Assembly (NCBI RefSeq): GCF_009914755.1
Contig: NC_060937.1
Strand: one strand, 5' to 3'
Source of the DNA: the human T2T-CHM13v2.0 reference genome, Homo sapiens
DNA: 64,000 bases
Position numbers and translations under genes: made by a program. Below, in pieces: positions 1 to 13,559 of this stretch; the stretch's first letter is position 1; the number at the start of each line of letters is the position of its first letter. The notes under the pieces are model-generated. The model was given only the letters and a program-made list of their open reading frames with translations, had not been told where the DNA came from and made no database searches.

Positions 1-658
1 TAAAATAGAGTTAAAGATGATAGATTTAATTAGCATTTAGTCCAACTGTAGATGCTTTATAATAGATGAAATAACTTTTTAATATTTGTATCTTTTATTT
101 ATATCCTTCAAAATTTATTTTTATCTTTTGAATTCACATCTTTTATTTAGTTGTTTTTTATTTAAACATGATAGACCTAGTTATTAAAACATCAATTCTA
201 TTTTTAAGAAATGTTACTAAACATAGTTTTCAGTTTATAGTATTTTTCTGTCATTTGTCTCTTTGCTTTAATATGTTTATCTACCTCTAAAAAGATTTTC
301 AAAAACCTATATTTTTTCTCCTTCGTTATTTGTTGCCTGCAATCTTACTTGATCAACATCTTTATCTGTACTTTCTTTTACACTAATATTTGCCAATGAT
401 AGTTATCTATAACTCAAAATACATCCAGATTCTAAGAATTCTTATCACTTTCGCTGCTGTGTTACTGTTCAAGCCACCATCATCTCTCATCTACACTATT
501 GTGAATGCCTTCTTACTGCTCTTCCTCCTTTTATCCTTGTTCCTCCCACCAATTGTCTACAAAAAAATCAAAGGTAATTGTTTTCAAATATCACAATGAA
601 ATACTTGTTCACCCAAAACATCCAATGACTACTCCCCTCACTTAAAAGAGAATCAGAA

Positions 659-990
<332 letters not shown>

Positions 991-1205
991 AAAAGAAAAA
1001 TCAGAAGTCCTTATCGTGACTACAATGGCACAACATGACACAGCTCCACTCTGTTTCTTAGTGTGCTCCTTACCAACCTCGGGTTTCTGTTACTTACCTA
1101 CTCTCTGCAACTCCTGTTAGCAAACCTAGCAAACAGGATGTTAGCAAACCTAGGCTCTGATCCCCAAATGACTAGCACTTTAAGACCTTTATATAAGAAT
1201 GAGAA

Positions 1206-2110
<905 letters not shown>

Positions 2111-3621
2111 TTCATATGGAACCAAAAGAGAGCCTGTATAGCCAAGACAGTCCTAAGCAAAAAGAATAAAGCTGGAGGCATCATGCTGCCTGACTTCAAA
2201 CTATACTACAAGACTACAGTAACCAAAACAGCATGGTACTGGTACCAAAACAGATATATAGACCAATGGAACAGAACAGATGCCTAAGAAATAATGCCAC
2301 ACATCTACGACCATCTGATCTCTGACAAATCTGACAAAAACAAGCAATGGGGAAAGGATTCCCTATTTAATAAATGGTGTTGGGAAAACTGGCTAGCCAT
2401 ATGCAGAAAACTGAAACTGGACCCCTTCCTTACACTTGATACAAAAATTAACTCAAGATGAATTAAAGACTTAAACATAAGACCTAAATCCATAAGAACC
2501 CTAGAAGAAAACCTAGGCAATACCATTCAGGATATAGACATAGGCAAAAACTTCATGACTAAAACACCAATAGCAATGGCAATAAAAGCCAAAATTGACA
2601 AATGGGATCTAATTAAAATAAAGAGCTTCTGCATAGCAAAAGAAACTATCATCAGAGTGAACAGGCAACATACAGAATGGGACAAAATTTTTGCAATCTC
2701 TCCATCTGAAAAAGGGCTAATATCGAGAATCTACAAAGAACTTAAACAAATTTACAAGAAAAAAACAAAGAACCCCATCAAAATGTGGGTGAAGGATCTG
2801 AACAGGCACTTCTCAAAAGAAGACATTTATGCTGCCAACAAAATTATGAAAAAAAGCTCATCATCACGGGTTATTACAGAAATGCAAATCAAAACCCCAA
2901 TGAGATACCATCTCACATCAGTTAGAATGGTGATCATTAAAAAGTCAGGAAACAACAGGTGCTGGAGAGGATGTGGAGAAATAGGAACACTTTTACACTG
3001 TTGGTGGGAGTGTAAATTAGCTCAACCATTGTGGAAGACAGTGTGGCGATTCCTCAAGGATCTAGAACCAGAAATACCATTTGGCCCAGTAATGCCATTA
3101 CTGGGTATATACCCAAAGGATTATAAGTCATTCTACTATAAAGACGCATGCACATGCATGTTTATTGCAGCACTAGTCACAATAGCAAAAACTTGGAACC
3201 AACCCAAATGCCCATCAATGATAGACTGGATGAAGAAAATGTGGCACACATACACCATGAAATCCTATGCAGCCATAAAAAAGGATGAGTTCATGTCTCT
3301 TCAGGGACATGGATGAATCTGGAAACCATCATTCTCAGCAAACTAACACAGGCAGAGAAAACCAAAAACCAAACACCATATGTTCTCACTCATAAGTGGG
3401 AGTTGAACAATGAGAACATATGGACACAAGGAGGGGAATATTATACACTGGGGCCTGTCAGGGGGTAGGGCACTAGGAGAGGGATAGCATTAGGAGAAAT
3501 ATCTAATGTACATGAGGGGTTGATGGGTGCAGCAAACCACCATGACATGTGTATATCTAGGTACCAAACCTGCACGTTCTGCACATGTTTCCCAGAACTT
3601 AAAGTATAATAATAATAATAA
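2111..3621 (+). mobile_element. Forward 3' segment of the same L1PA7-like element (ORF2 C-terminus, 3'UTR, (TAA)n tail)
   Basis: ORF2 C-terminal motifs [20 protein letters not shown] in ORF 2555-3316; 3' end 'cccagaacttaaagtataat'; probable TSD aagaatgagaacat (1195-1208) / aagtatgagcacgt (3622-3635), 11/14 identical. Confidence 0.95.
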
Positions 3622-4120
3622 AAGTATGAGCACGTTAGACTCTCCATAAAGTGAGACAAGTGATGCTGGGTTACAAAATCATCTTCACTGTGTAATTTTG
3701 TCCACTGGGCTATGACCACACGATTAAGATCTCTGGTGACATGTGTGTAGCCTCCTGGCGGACCCTCCCTTAAGTGGTCCTCCAAACTCTTCACTCTTCT
3801 CTTGGCTGAATCAAATAACAAGGAGAATTTATCACACATTCAGAAATATTACATAAGTCAGAAATTGCCTTCTTTGCTTTGATTCACTGAAACTTGGGGA
3901 TCAATTTGTTGCTATAACCCTGCCTATGCTTTCATTTGTTTTATTTAATTTTGTTTTGCTTATTATTATTTATCATCTCTATATTTTCCTCCTTAATTTG
4001 TTAATTTGGTTAAGTTTTTCTGTTAGTAGTGTAATAGTAGGTCCTTATTTTCTAATCTAAGAGTATCTTTTATAAGAAATCATGCTTAGTTCTAGTTTTC
4101 ATAAGAATTGTTATAAATGA

Positions 4121-4535
<415 letters not shown>

Positions 4536-4539
4536 ACAT

Positions 4540-4800
4540 TTTTTATAATTGACAAAATTGTATATAATTATTGTGTAAGCCATGATGTTTGAAGTATATA
4601 CACATTGTAGAATGGTTAAATCTAGCAAAGTAACAAATACAGTAATTCACATAGTTATCTTTATTTGTGTGTGGAAGCATTTAACATCCGCTGTCTTAAG
4701 GTTTTCATGAATACAATATATCATCATTAACTGTAGTCACCATGCTGTACAATAGATCTCTTGAATTTATTCATTCTATCTAACTGTAATTTTGTATTTT
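4540..4800 (-). mobile_element. L1MA-type 3' end fragment
   Basis: 'ttaactgtagtcaccatgctgtacaatagatctcttgaatttattc' is the antisense L1MA 3'UTR. Confidence 0.8.
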
Positions 4801-5086
4801 ACCTATTTTCCAAGAAGGCAATGTTTACTTGCTAGGTATTGCTATATAATATTCTACTAATATTTGAAAACAGAATCCATTTTTGTAAGATACATTGTTT
4901 CTTCCTCTACTCTTCTTCTCTATTCATCTCTTTTGGAATGATATCCAATTTAAAACGTGGCCTTAAAATACTTGTACTTCTCTATTACTTCCCTCAACTC
5001 ATCGATAAGATATTGAATTTATTGTTTGCTGCCTCAAAGTCTTAGGTTTTGCTGAGAAAATGTAGTATTTTTAGGTTAGTCTAGAC

Positions 5087-5296
5087 CAGGGTTTTGTTTT
5101 GTTTTGTTTTTTTTCCTTTAAAGAGTCAAATAACAAATAAGTTTTGGGGGTGGATTCAGTCTTCGTCCCATACTCACACCTGACATTATAGTGCTAAAGC
5201 AGCCATAAACACTGCAGAAATCAGTGGCATGGTTTTGTTCCAATAAAATATTATTTACAAAACAGGCAGTGGGCTGGAGTAGTTTGCTGACTACTT
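5087..5296 (+). mobile_element. MER58A-like hAT-Charlie DNA transposon relic
   Basis: cagggt start; 'aaagcagccataaac...gttccaataaaatattatttacaaaacaggcagtgggctgg...tagtttgctgac' follows the MER58A consensus. Confidence 0.8.
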
Positions 5297-5825
5297 GAGC
5301 AAATTAGTAATACTCGATACTATATCTCTTCATATTCAAAAGTCCTAATTCACAATTTAAATAACATATTCCTTGTTGATCACCTTCCACCAAAATTTAA
5401 TTCTTTCACAATCCCTCTTTTTGTATCCTGTTCTGTAGGTTTCAATTCTGGAATGTTGTTTGGTTTCTGACATAACTAAATTATTTTCCTCAGTAAGGTA
5501 AAGATATAAAATATAATTGGATTTCTGAGGGTATGAAAAAATCTCCATTTTTTTACTCAAATTATGGATAGGCATAGTATGATGGATTTGTTATCCTTTT
5601 CTTTACGGATTTCCTTGTGTTATTTTCTAGCTGAAATGTCAAATGCTGGTATTATAATTTTTCTTTTGCAAGTTACTTTTTTCTCTATGGTGGTTAGTAA
5701 TATTTTGTCTTTAACTTTAGTATTTGATAATTTTATCAATACTTTTTTTCTGATCAATTCTGCACGAAACCAAATCAAATTTTTCAACATGGATCAGGTT
5801 TTGTCATGAGAAATTATTTTATATG

Positions 5826-6025
5826 TTTATAAAATAATTTCTTCTTCCTCATTGTATTTATTTATTCCTTTATTTGTAAATATTTATAAAAATTAAATTT
5901 ATGAAATAATTTCTTCTTCATTGTATTTATTCCTTTATTTGTAAATATTTATAAAAATTATATTTATGAAAATTTCCTCTTCCTCATTGTATTTATTCAT
6001 TTATTAATTGTATTATTCCTTTATT
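5826..6025. repeat. AT-rich tandem repeat, about 65-72-bp unit, about 2.7 copies
   Basis: Unit 'tttat[ag]aaataatttcttctt..cattgtatttattcctttatttgtaaatatttataaaaatta' starts at 5826, 5898 and 5963. Confidence 0.85.
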
Positions 6026-6136
6026 AATCTGAGATCATGATGGAAAGATTACATAATTAGCAGATATATACTATAGATCTATATTTTGATGTGTATATGT
6101 GCTAATTATGTAATCTTTCCATCATAATCTCAGATT
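6026..6136. repeat. Long inverted repeat (46-bp arms, 3 mismatches, 19-nt loop)
   Basis: Arm 6026-6071 is the reverse complement of 6091-6136 at 43/46 positions; loop contains the palindrome tatagatctata. Confidence 0.95.
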
Positions 6137-6265
6137 CAACAACTTTTCTCCATACTTTAAGATATGTATCCCATTTGATTTTTATAGCCATCAATAGTCC
6201 TCAGAAGTGACCATATTATTCTTTGTTTATATATTATCATTATTATTATTCTAAAAATTTTATTA

Positions 6266-6495
6266 CAGATGCTCCTTCACTTACAAGGAGCTTCCATCTG
6301 AATAGATTCATGGTAAGTTAAAAATATTGTAATTGAAAAGTGCATTTTCCACCTACAATATTTTCAATTTAGGATGGGTTTATCTGAATGTAACCCCATC
6401 ATATATCAAGGAGCATAGTGAATGAATATCATTTTTACACTATCATAAAGTCAAAAAAATTGTAAGTCAAACCATGGTAAATTGCAGACTGTCTG
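6266..6495 (+). mobile_element. MER47-family (Tigger5-derived) MITE
   Basis: Starts ta|cagatgctcct; internal inverted copy of the left end; ends 'gtaagtcaaaccatggtaaattgcagactgtctg'. Confidence 0.8.
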
Positions 6496-6698
6496 TCTTC
6501 CTTGAAGGTTTTTAGATTTTCTTATATGTTATTAATACACATTTTTTTTTGTTCAAAGTATCATCACTCTCATGTATGTTTTAATCAGAAGCCCACTGTT
6601 TTTTGAATCTTGCCTCTTAAAATTATTATTCTGTGGTTGCTGAGCAACATTAGGCAGGTTATTTTTATTCAATGAAACCTGTTTCTTGCTCCTTTCAG

Positions 6699-6717
6699 AT
6701 CTACCTGTCAAACAGAG
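6699..6717 (+). other. Candidate 19-nt microexon (IYLSNR + G)
   Basis: Acceptor cctgtttcttgctcctttcAG and donor GAG|GTAAGC; no transcript evidence available. Confidence 0.4.
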
Positions 6718-6779
6718 GTAAGCCTAACTATGAAAAGAGTTTGCAAAACCTTATAGCAGTTTCCTTAAGCACAAAGATA

Positions 6780-6908
6780 CTTTGGGGATAGTGGAAATTT
6801 TCATTTTCTTGATTGTGATGATAGTTTCATGAGTGTACATGTATGTCAAAACCTACTGAACTGTACTCTTTAGGTATGTATCATTTATTGTATTATGCCT
6901 GAATAAAT
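6780..6908 (+). mobile_element. Ancient L1ME-type 3' end fragment
   Basis: 'ttcttgattgtgatgatagtttcatgagtgtacatgtatgtcaaaac...ctgaataaa'. Confidence 0.65.
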
Positions 6909-7213
6909 ATTTTTATAATATATAGTTACAGCAATTTTTCTGCAATTAGTATAGAATGAGAGGACTCAGACCTGAGTAGTAAAACATACGTGTGTGTGTT
7001 GGGTATACACATACATGTACCTACATACACACTGCTTCTTTATTTCAACGTCTCAACATTTCTAAAGTCCTGGAAGTAATGAGGTATGGTAGAGAAATGA
7101 CAAAAGTGCTGTTCAATAACAATGAAGTCAGTACCATTAATATTTAGAATATCAACACCTAAAAGGGCCATAGTAAGCAACAGGGTGATAGATGGATGAA
7201 ATAAGGGTGTATT

Positions 7214-7272
7214 TGTGTGTGTGTGTTTCTCTCTGTGTGTGTGTCTATGTGTGTGGGTCTGTGTGTATGTGA
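7214..7272. repeat. Degenerate (TG)n microsatellite
   Basis: Interrupted TG runs. Confidence 0.8.
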
Positions 7273-7642
7273 GAGTTAGTGTGATGGATTAGTGTTTAGC
7301 TTAATTTATGTGATGCTAACTGAAGCATTTGAGAAGCCCTTTCTGATGAGATTCTGCCTGATGATGAGAGGACTTGTTAACTCAGATCATTTGTTCTGGT
7401 ATCAACATGACCAAGAACCTCTAGCCCCATTCTCAGCACGGTTGTACTCTTCCTGCTTTACCTTTATAATATTTCTCCCCACCTCCTAGTCATATTACTT
7501 AAGGTCTTATAATTTTCTTTGTAATGCTTAAGTAACTGAGTTTAATTTCTGCCTTTTTCTTTAGGTTGCATTTGTGTCCCTTAGCTGAGTTGTGTTTTTA
7601 ACTCACATACTCCAATGTCTTGAACATACTAGTAGACAACTA

Positions 7643-7750
7643 CTCCCATCTTTAAAATAGGAATGATGATACCTACCTTATTAGTCCTCAAAGGATGTTG
7701 TATAAAACAGGAATAAAATTATAAGGAAAGGCCATTGTAAAACTCTAAGA
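7643..7750. mobile_element. MIR SINE core fragment
   Basis: 'cccatctttaaaataggaatgatgatacctacct...ggatgttgta' resembles the MIR core. Confidence 0.55.
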
Positions 7751-8978
7751 CAAAATTTAAATGCTTCTAGTAATTTATATAGCTATTACAAAGCGTTGAT
7801 GTAATATGCATGAGACCAGATTATAAAAGAAAAGACTACTATTTGCATATTGTTAGTACTAATTTATTGACATTAAATATACTTTGCTCAAAGGAATTGA
7901 CACTTCTAAATGGAATCTCTTTAACAACTGAAGATATTAAATGCATTATTAGGGGAATGACATATAATACATGAAAATTGTATTTTAAGGGTATGTCATG
8001 AAGAAAACAATACAAATATATTTTGAAGGGTCACAAATGCTGTTTAAAATCTTGCTTATGCTTTTTGAATATTTCAAAGTCAGCAGAACAGAAAATGTAT
8101 TTTTAAATTACATTCATTTTCCAGAAACAGGTATTACCTATCATCTTAACTCTCTCTTGCCTGTCAAGACTTGTCGCACTGCTTTTTGACAAGCCAGGCA
8201 AAGAGATTTGTCCATAGCTATCAATTTTTATTCCATAAGTATTCACAAAGAAAAAATGTATTTTTCTAAGTGGTCATAGGTCTAATCCCAAATCAAATTA
8301 CCATTTCCTGCACTACCTACAAAATTTTATGGTTAAAAAAAGGACATGATTTCACCCCCAAGAAAAAAAAATCATGTATCTCTCTGAGTCTTCTTAGTTG
8401 AAAATTTAACATTCTATAAGATTTTGTTATCCTATTTACAGGAAAAAAAACTTTTCATTTTAAGATGATAAATTATATAAGAAAAGACAGTGCTGGTAAC
8501 TTTGCAAGAGATCAGAGAAAGAAAGCTTGTATTTATATTTCTATATTCTGACATAGAGAATGTGGTTATAATCTAGTATTTTCTTTCACATAAGAGAGAT
8601 AGCTGATCATATTAGTCTTCAACTTTTTAAAAAATTTTGCCTCATATTTTTAAATGTGCCAAAATATTTACTAGATTTCAAAATAAATAAATAAAATATG
8701 CTTTCAGTTACTTATATATGAGTGAAGATTAGGATTAAATGGAGGAAAGTTTGTGTGAAACAGACTGTTACAGGACTACAAAGAAAAACGTTTTAAAAAA
8801 TTTCTACTATGTAAACTCCTTTTTCATTTTACCCAAAGTATGTTCCATTGATCCCTATGTTTTGGGGAAAATATATCTGTATCCATCCACTTATCTCTGA
8901 CCTATCTCTGCTTCTATGTCTCTATCTGTGGATGAATCCATCTATCTATGAGAGACAGAGCATTTCAATGGTTTTTAC

Positions 8979-9215
8979 TTTTTTTTAAGAAAGGGTCTTG
9001 CTCTATTGTCCAGGGTGGAGTGCAGGAGCACATTCATGGCTCATTGCAGCTTCAGCCTCCTGGAATGAGGTGATCCTCACATCTTAACCTCCCAGGTAGC
9101 TGGGATTTCAGGTACGTGTCACAAGACCCTGATATATATACACATACGTATATACACACACATATATACGTGTATATATACACACATATATACATGTATA
9201 CATGTATATATATAC

Positions 9216-9281
<66 letters not shown>

Positions 9282-9394
9282 TATTTTTGTAGAGGTGGGG
9301 TTTTTCCATGTTGCCCAGACTGGTCTTAAGTGATCTGCCAGCCTCAGCCTCCCAAAGTTCTATGATTACAGGCATGTCTTATTGTGTCTAGGCC
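8979..9394 (-). mobile_element. AluJ-type SINE interrupted at the linker by a microsatellite
   Basis: J-type features (catggctcattgcagc, gatcctc, tttgtagag, ttgcccag); highly diverged. Confidence 0.9.
9132..9274. repeat. Compound (TA/CA)n-(TG)16-(TA)12 microsatellite
   Basis: Perfect (TG)16 at 9219-9250 followed by (TA)12 at 9251-9274. Confidence 0.95.
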
Positions 9395-9622
9395 AATTTT
9401 GTTTTTATTTTTTTTTCTGTACAGAATTCTTTTTTGTTTGTTTCAAGTAACACTTACAGTAGTTATTTAACATACTTTGGGTAACATCACTCTATATTTA
9501 ATATTTTAAAACTTTTAAACTATGATCTGGCATTTTGATTTTAGTTTATTGGTATGCATCAGATTTTTTCTCCAATTTCTTCCAATGTTGAGAAAATTTA
9601 GACTATAAATCCTGAAGAATGG

Positions 9623-9978
9623 TTTATTAGTCTGTTCTCAATGCTGCTAATAAAAACATAACCAGGACTGGATAATTTATAAAGGAAAGAGGTTTATTTA
9701 AATCACAATTCCACAATGGCTGGGGAGGCCTCACAATCCTGGTGGAAAGCGAAGGGGAAGCAAGGCATGCCTTACATGGCAGCAGGCAAAAGAGAGCTTG
9801 TATAGGGGAACTCCCATTTATAAAACTATCAGACCTCGTGAGACTTATTCACTACCATGAGAACAGTATAGGGGAAACTGCCCCCATGATTCAATTAAAA
9901 CTGTCCCCCACCCTTGACACGTGGGGATTATTACAATTCAAGCTGAGATTTGAGTGGACACACAGCCTAACTATATCA
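9623..9978 (-). mobile_element. THE1 (THE1C-like) MaLR solo LTR
   Basis: Typical antisense THE1 sequence ending ...tatatca; perfect 5-bp TSD aatgg (9618-9622 / 9979-9983). Confidence 0.92.
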
Positions 9979-10761
9979 AATGGAATAGTTTGAAATAAGT
10001 GGTATGATAAGCAAATTAAAAAAAAAAAAACTCCAGCCGATGATTAGAGATGGAAATAATGTGAACTATATATAAATTGTAGTCATGGATTAGCTTGCCA
10101 GAAGGCTGGACATTTTTTATATATTATTTTCTATTCATACTTTTGAATTATCTCTCAAATTAATATATGACTATGCATATATGTGTAAGGGTATATGTGT
10201 GTGTGTATGCAGACATGGCATATATGTGGGTATATACATATTTATATTGGCTACAAAGAAGCCTATTATACATATTTAAAAGATTTTGAATACAGCCCTT
10301 TTAAGCATTTCGTTTTGAACATCTTGAAGCATATCAAAATTCATAATGGGATAATTGCAGAGGAGCCTCCAGAACAAGGTGTATTGGGATGGGAAAGACT
10401 CCTAAATATATCCTCACACTATTTTGGCATGTGTATTATAATGCAGATATCCTGACTATGTAGATATGTTGCCTTCACTCTAAAACTGTCTATATGTTAT
10501 CTGTCTCAAAAGTTCCTTATTGATGAACTATGAGAAAGGAAAATGTGAATAATAAAGTTTATTATACCAAGGTTTTGTGAAGATGCCGCATGCTTAGGAT
10601 CTCCATAGGCAAGAGTTTGGTGAGGCAAGACTGTCTTATACAAAAGTTTTTCCCTATCCTAGAACAAAAATTAAAAATGAAACAAGCAAATTCTCATGTA
10701 TTGAAAATTGCCTGTGAATCTGGTACTTGAGGTACCTTGTGTGGGTCACATTGAATAGTCA

Positions 10762-11115
10762 TAGTCATCCCTTAATATTCATGGAAGAATAGTTCAAGGA
10801 GCTTCACAAATGTCAAAATTTGTGGATGCTCAAGTTCCTGATATAAAATGATGTAATATTTGCATGTAATATAGGCACAACCTTCCAAATAGTATAAATA
10901 ATCTCTAGATTACTTATAATACCTAATACAATGTAAGTGCCACATACATAGTTGTTATACTGTATTGTTTAGGGAATAATGACAAGAGGAAAAAGTCCGT
11001 ACATATTCAGTACAGATGGGATTTTTTAATGAATACTTTTCTATCCAACATTGATTGAATCCATTGATGTGGAACCCATGAATATGGAAGAGCAACCCAT
11101 GGATATGAAGGACTA
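10762..11115 (+). mobile_element. MER2 (TcMar-Tigger) MITE
   Basis: 'ggatgctcaagttcctgatataaaatg...ctctagattacttataatacctaatacaatgtaa...tgaatccattgatgtggaacccatg'. Confidence 0.88.
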
Positions 11116-13198
11116 AGCACATAAATAAATTGCACACTAAATTAAGTCTCACTTTACAAGATTTTGGGGTCTTCTTTAGCATTAGTGGCTATGAAATAAA
11201 TTCTTATGAGATGCTCATAATATTGTATCTCTTGAAGAACTTTACTTATATTTTCAACTTCTTTTTTTTTTTTTGCTAATGTGTACCCTAGGTTGAGAGT
11301 TATTAAACTTTTATTTAACAACAACAAAACAAAATAAAGGTACTTATTGGCAGATTTTTGAAAGACAGGTTAAAGCACAAGGATAGCAATATAATTGGGA
11401 ATTTGGTGTACCCTATCATTTGCTTTCCTTTTTAAAATCTTCCTTGGCATTCTCAGTTTTTTTGTTTTGTTTATTTAAAAAGAATATTGGTGATTTTTAT
11501 ACCTAATATTATGGGACTTGTACATCACATTGCACGGATTTCTTATGCCTAACATCACAGCCTATCCCTGACTGAATTAGTAAATGCATTTTCCATATGA
11601 ATTTACAACTTATGTAGTAATTATCACATTTGCCAATGTTTGTCCTTGTTTACACATGAATGTTAGCTAAAACACTTTCGATTATTGCCAACATTAACCC
11701 ATTAAAGATGTATTTGATTCTCAACAGTCAAAATAGAATTTGAGTTTCAAGGCATTTTCGAAATCTTCTAATCCACTGATATTCTATATCACCATATCCT
11801 AAAGCTTGTGTATTTTAGACAGATAAGCTCCAATTTAGGTAGCCATTGGGAAAACTTTTTTTGTGTGTTTCTATGGCTAAAAAAATGGGAATAAGCCTTT
11901 GTTTTCTTCTGATTTTCTTATTTCACTGTGGAGAATCTTGAAGACCCCAGAACTCAGTAAATCTTTGTCCATTGTCTCATTCATGGTCACTTGGTAGCAG
12001 ACATCTTGCCTCAATGTTTGGGCACAAAAATAGTAAAATAAAAATTGTTAATATTCTCACATAGAGCTAATTGAATATTGACATATTGCATAGCACTCAG
12101 CAAAGAGATACATTTATTTTTTAAAGAAATGGGTATTCTATTTCCTTTTTTAATGTATGAAACAAAACCATTGATGTGCATTATTGTTGCTAACAGCCAA
12201 AGTATATGTTTATTGACTCATTTTTTCACTTCACTATATGAAATTAAATTGAAAATTTACAGCATTCAAGTGTACTTTATGTGCAGAGCAATACCCAGGG
12301 ATCAGTGTTTACAAATTAAGAGATGGTCCTTAAATATTTGTACAATGTAAAATGCCCGTTGGCTGTAAAATGATGTTTTGAAAATAAAGTATAAGATCAA
12401 GACCTGAACCAGTAGTAAGAATTGTGTAATTGTAACTATGATTTCCTTGTAATTTTGCTAACTAATTTTCTAATTTTGCTAACTACATACTTCATTGACT
12501 TTATACATCCACATGACATCATTTTTCTTAAAATTCTGAGGCATTGTGTGTGTGTGCACATGCATGCAGCATAATTGCCACAAAAGAAGCTACCAAGTAT
12601 CCAAGCATATTTAAAAGATTTTGTATAAAGCACTTTTAAACATAAATCAAAATATGTGGCTGTCATGACTGGTTATTACAACACAAATCATGTGTTGGCC
12701 TATAGCTGTTGAAATCCCTAGCTGCTGAATGTCCTAGAAATTAAATTATATTTTTCTTTTTCTGCACTCTATGGAATTTGAGGCCGATCTCTGAGGTTAA
12801 ATCACTTTTTTGACCTCAAAGATCTTTCAAGAAGTATTCATAAGAAGCTGTCTCTGGAGCCTTCCACTTTAAGGCAACAAATGATATGAACTGTGTAGCT
12901 AGTAAAAAAAAAAAAAAAACAAGTAAAGGTTTAGCTAATAGAATCTAATGTCATGTGAATGAGATTTTCTTTTGCCACACAGTTGTTTTTCATTTTCATT
13001 ATTTATAGCAATTATTATACCAAAATCACATAATAATAATATTCCATAACATATTAATACCTTCAAAAGATGTATGATTTTACTTAAGGTAATAAGCATA
13101 GTTATTAGGGGAAACATCTCTCTCCCACAAATGATTTTTATGAAAAGAGATTTTCTTTAAATACAAGTGAGTTTGAGTTGCAACTTTCACTTCCTTAG

Positions 13199-13221
13199 AA
13201 AAAGATGATCTGAGTTCTCTG
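13199..13221 (+). other. Candidate 23-nt microexon (EKDDLSSL)
   Basis: Acceptor caactttcacttccttAG and donor CTG|GTAAGT. Confidence 0.4.
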
Positions 13222-13330
13222 GTAAGTCAGCAATAGTATTTACATTTCGTAATTGGTCAGAATTATTTAATAATTTATCAAGATTTCTGGATGTAGGGTA
13301 AATTTGTTTCTTTATCTTTTGTTTTTCTAG

Positions 13331-13351
13331 ATTGCTGTGAGAAGGAGCCAT
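13331..13351 (+). other. Candidate 21-nt microexon (IAVRRSH in phase 0; DCCEKEP in phase 1)
   Basis: Long polypyrimidine acceptor tttgtttctttatcttttgtttttctAG; donor CAT|GTAAGT, followed by overlapping GTAAGT and GTGAGT. Confidence 0.45.
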
Positions 13352-13559
13352 GTAAGTAAGTGAGTATTTTCTACAATTAATTGTTTTAGTTGAAATTTAC
13401 AAACACTAGACTGAGAATTTAGTGAATATATTTTTTTCTCATATTAGATGATTTTTACCTTAAAATCAATTTTATCAGTAATGTAGGTGATATTTGGATT
13501 CTCTTCATTTTTCTTTCTTACTTATTAATTGAAGTATATTTGAGGAAATGGTTTACTTC

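Noticed and set aside
1090-1130. Isolated strong minus-strand donors (also near 43990, 50602, 54108)
   Set aside because: No convincing paired acceptors or compatible frames
2555-3316. 253-aa ORF, and similar ORFs at 28155-28559, 28693-29379 and 29566-30210
   Set aside because: Fragments of L1 ORF2 separated by stops and frameshifts in 5'-truncated elements; not host genes
6266-6417. Long imperfect palindrome
   Set aside because: Explained by the inverted ends of the MER47/Tigger5 MITE
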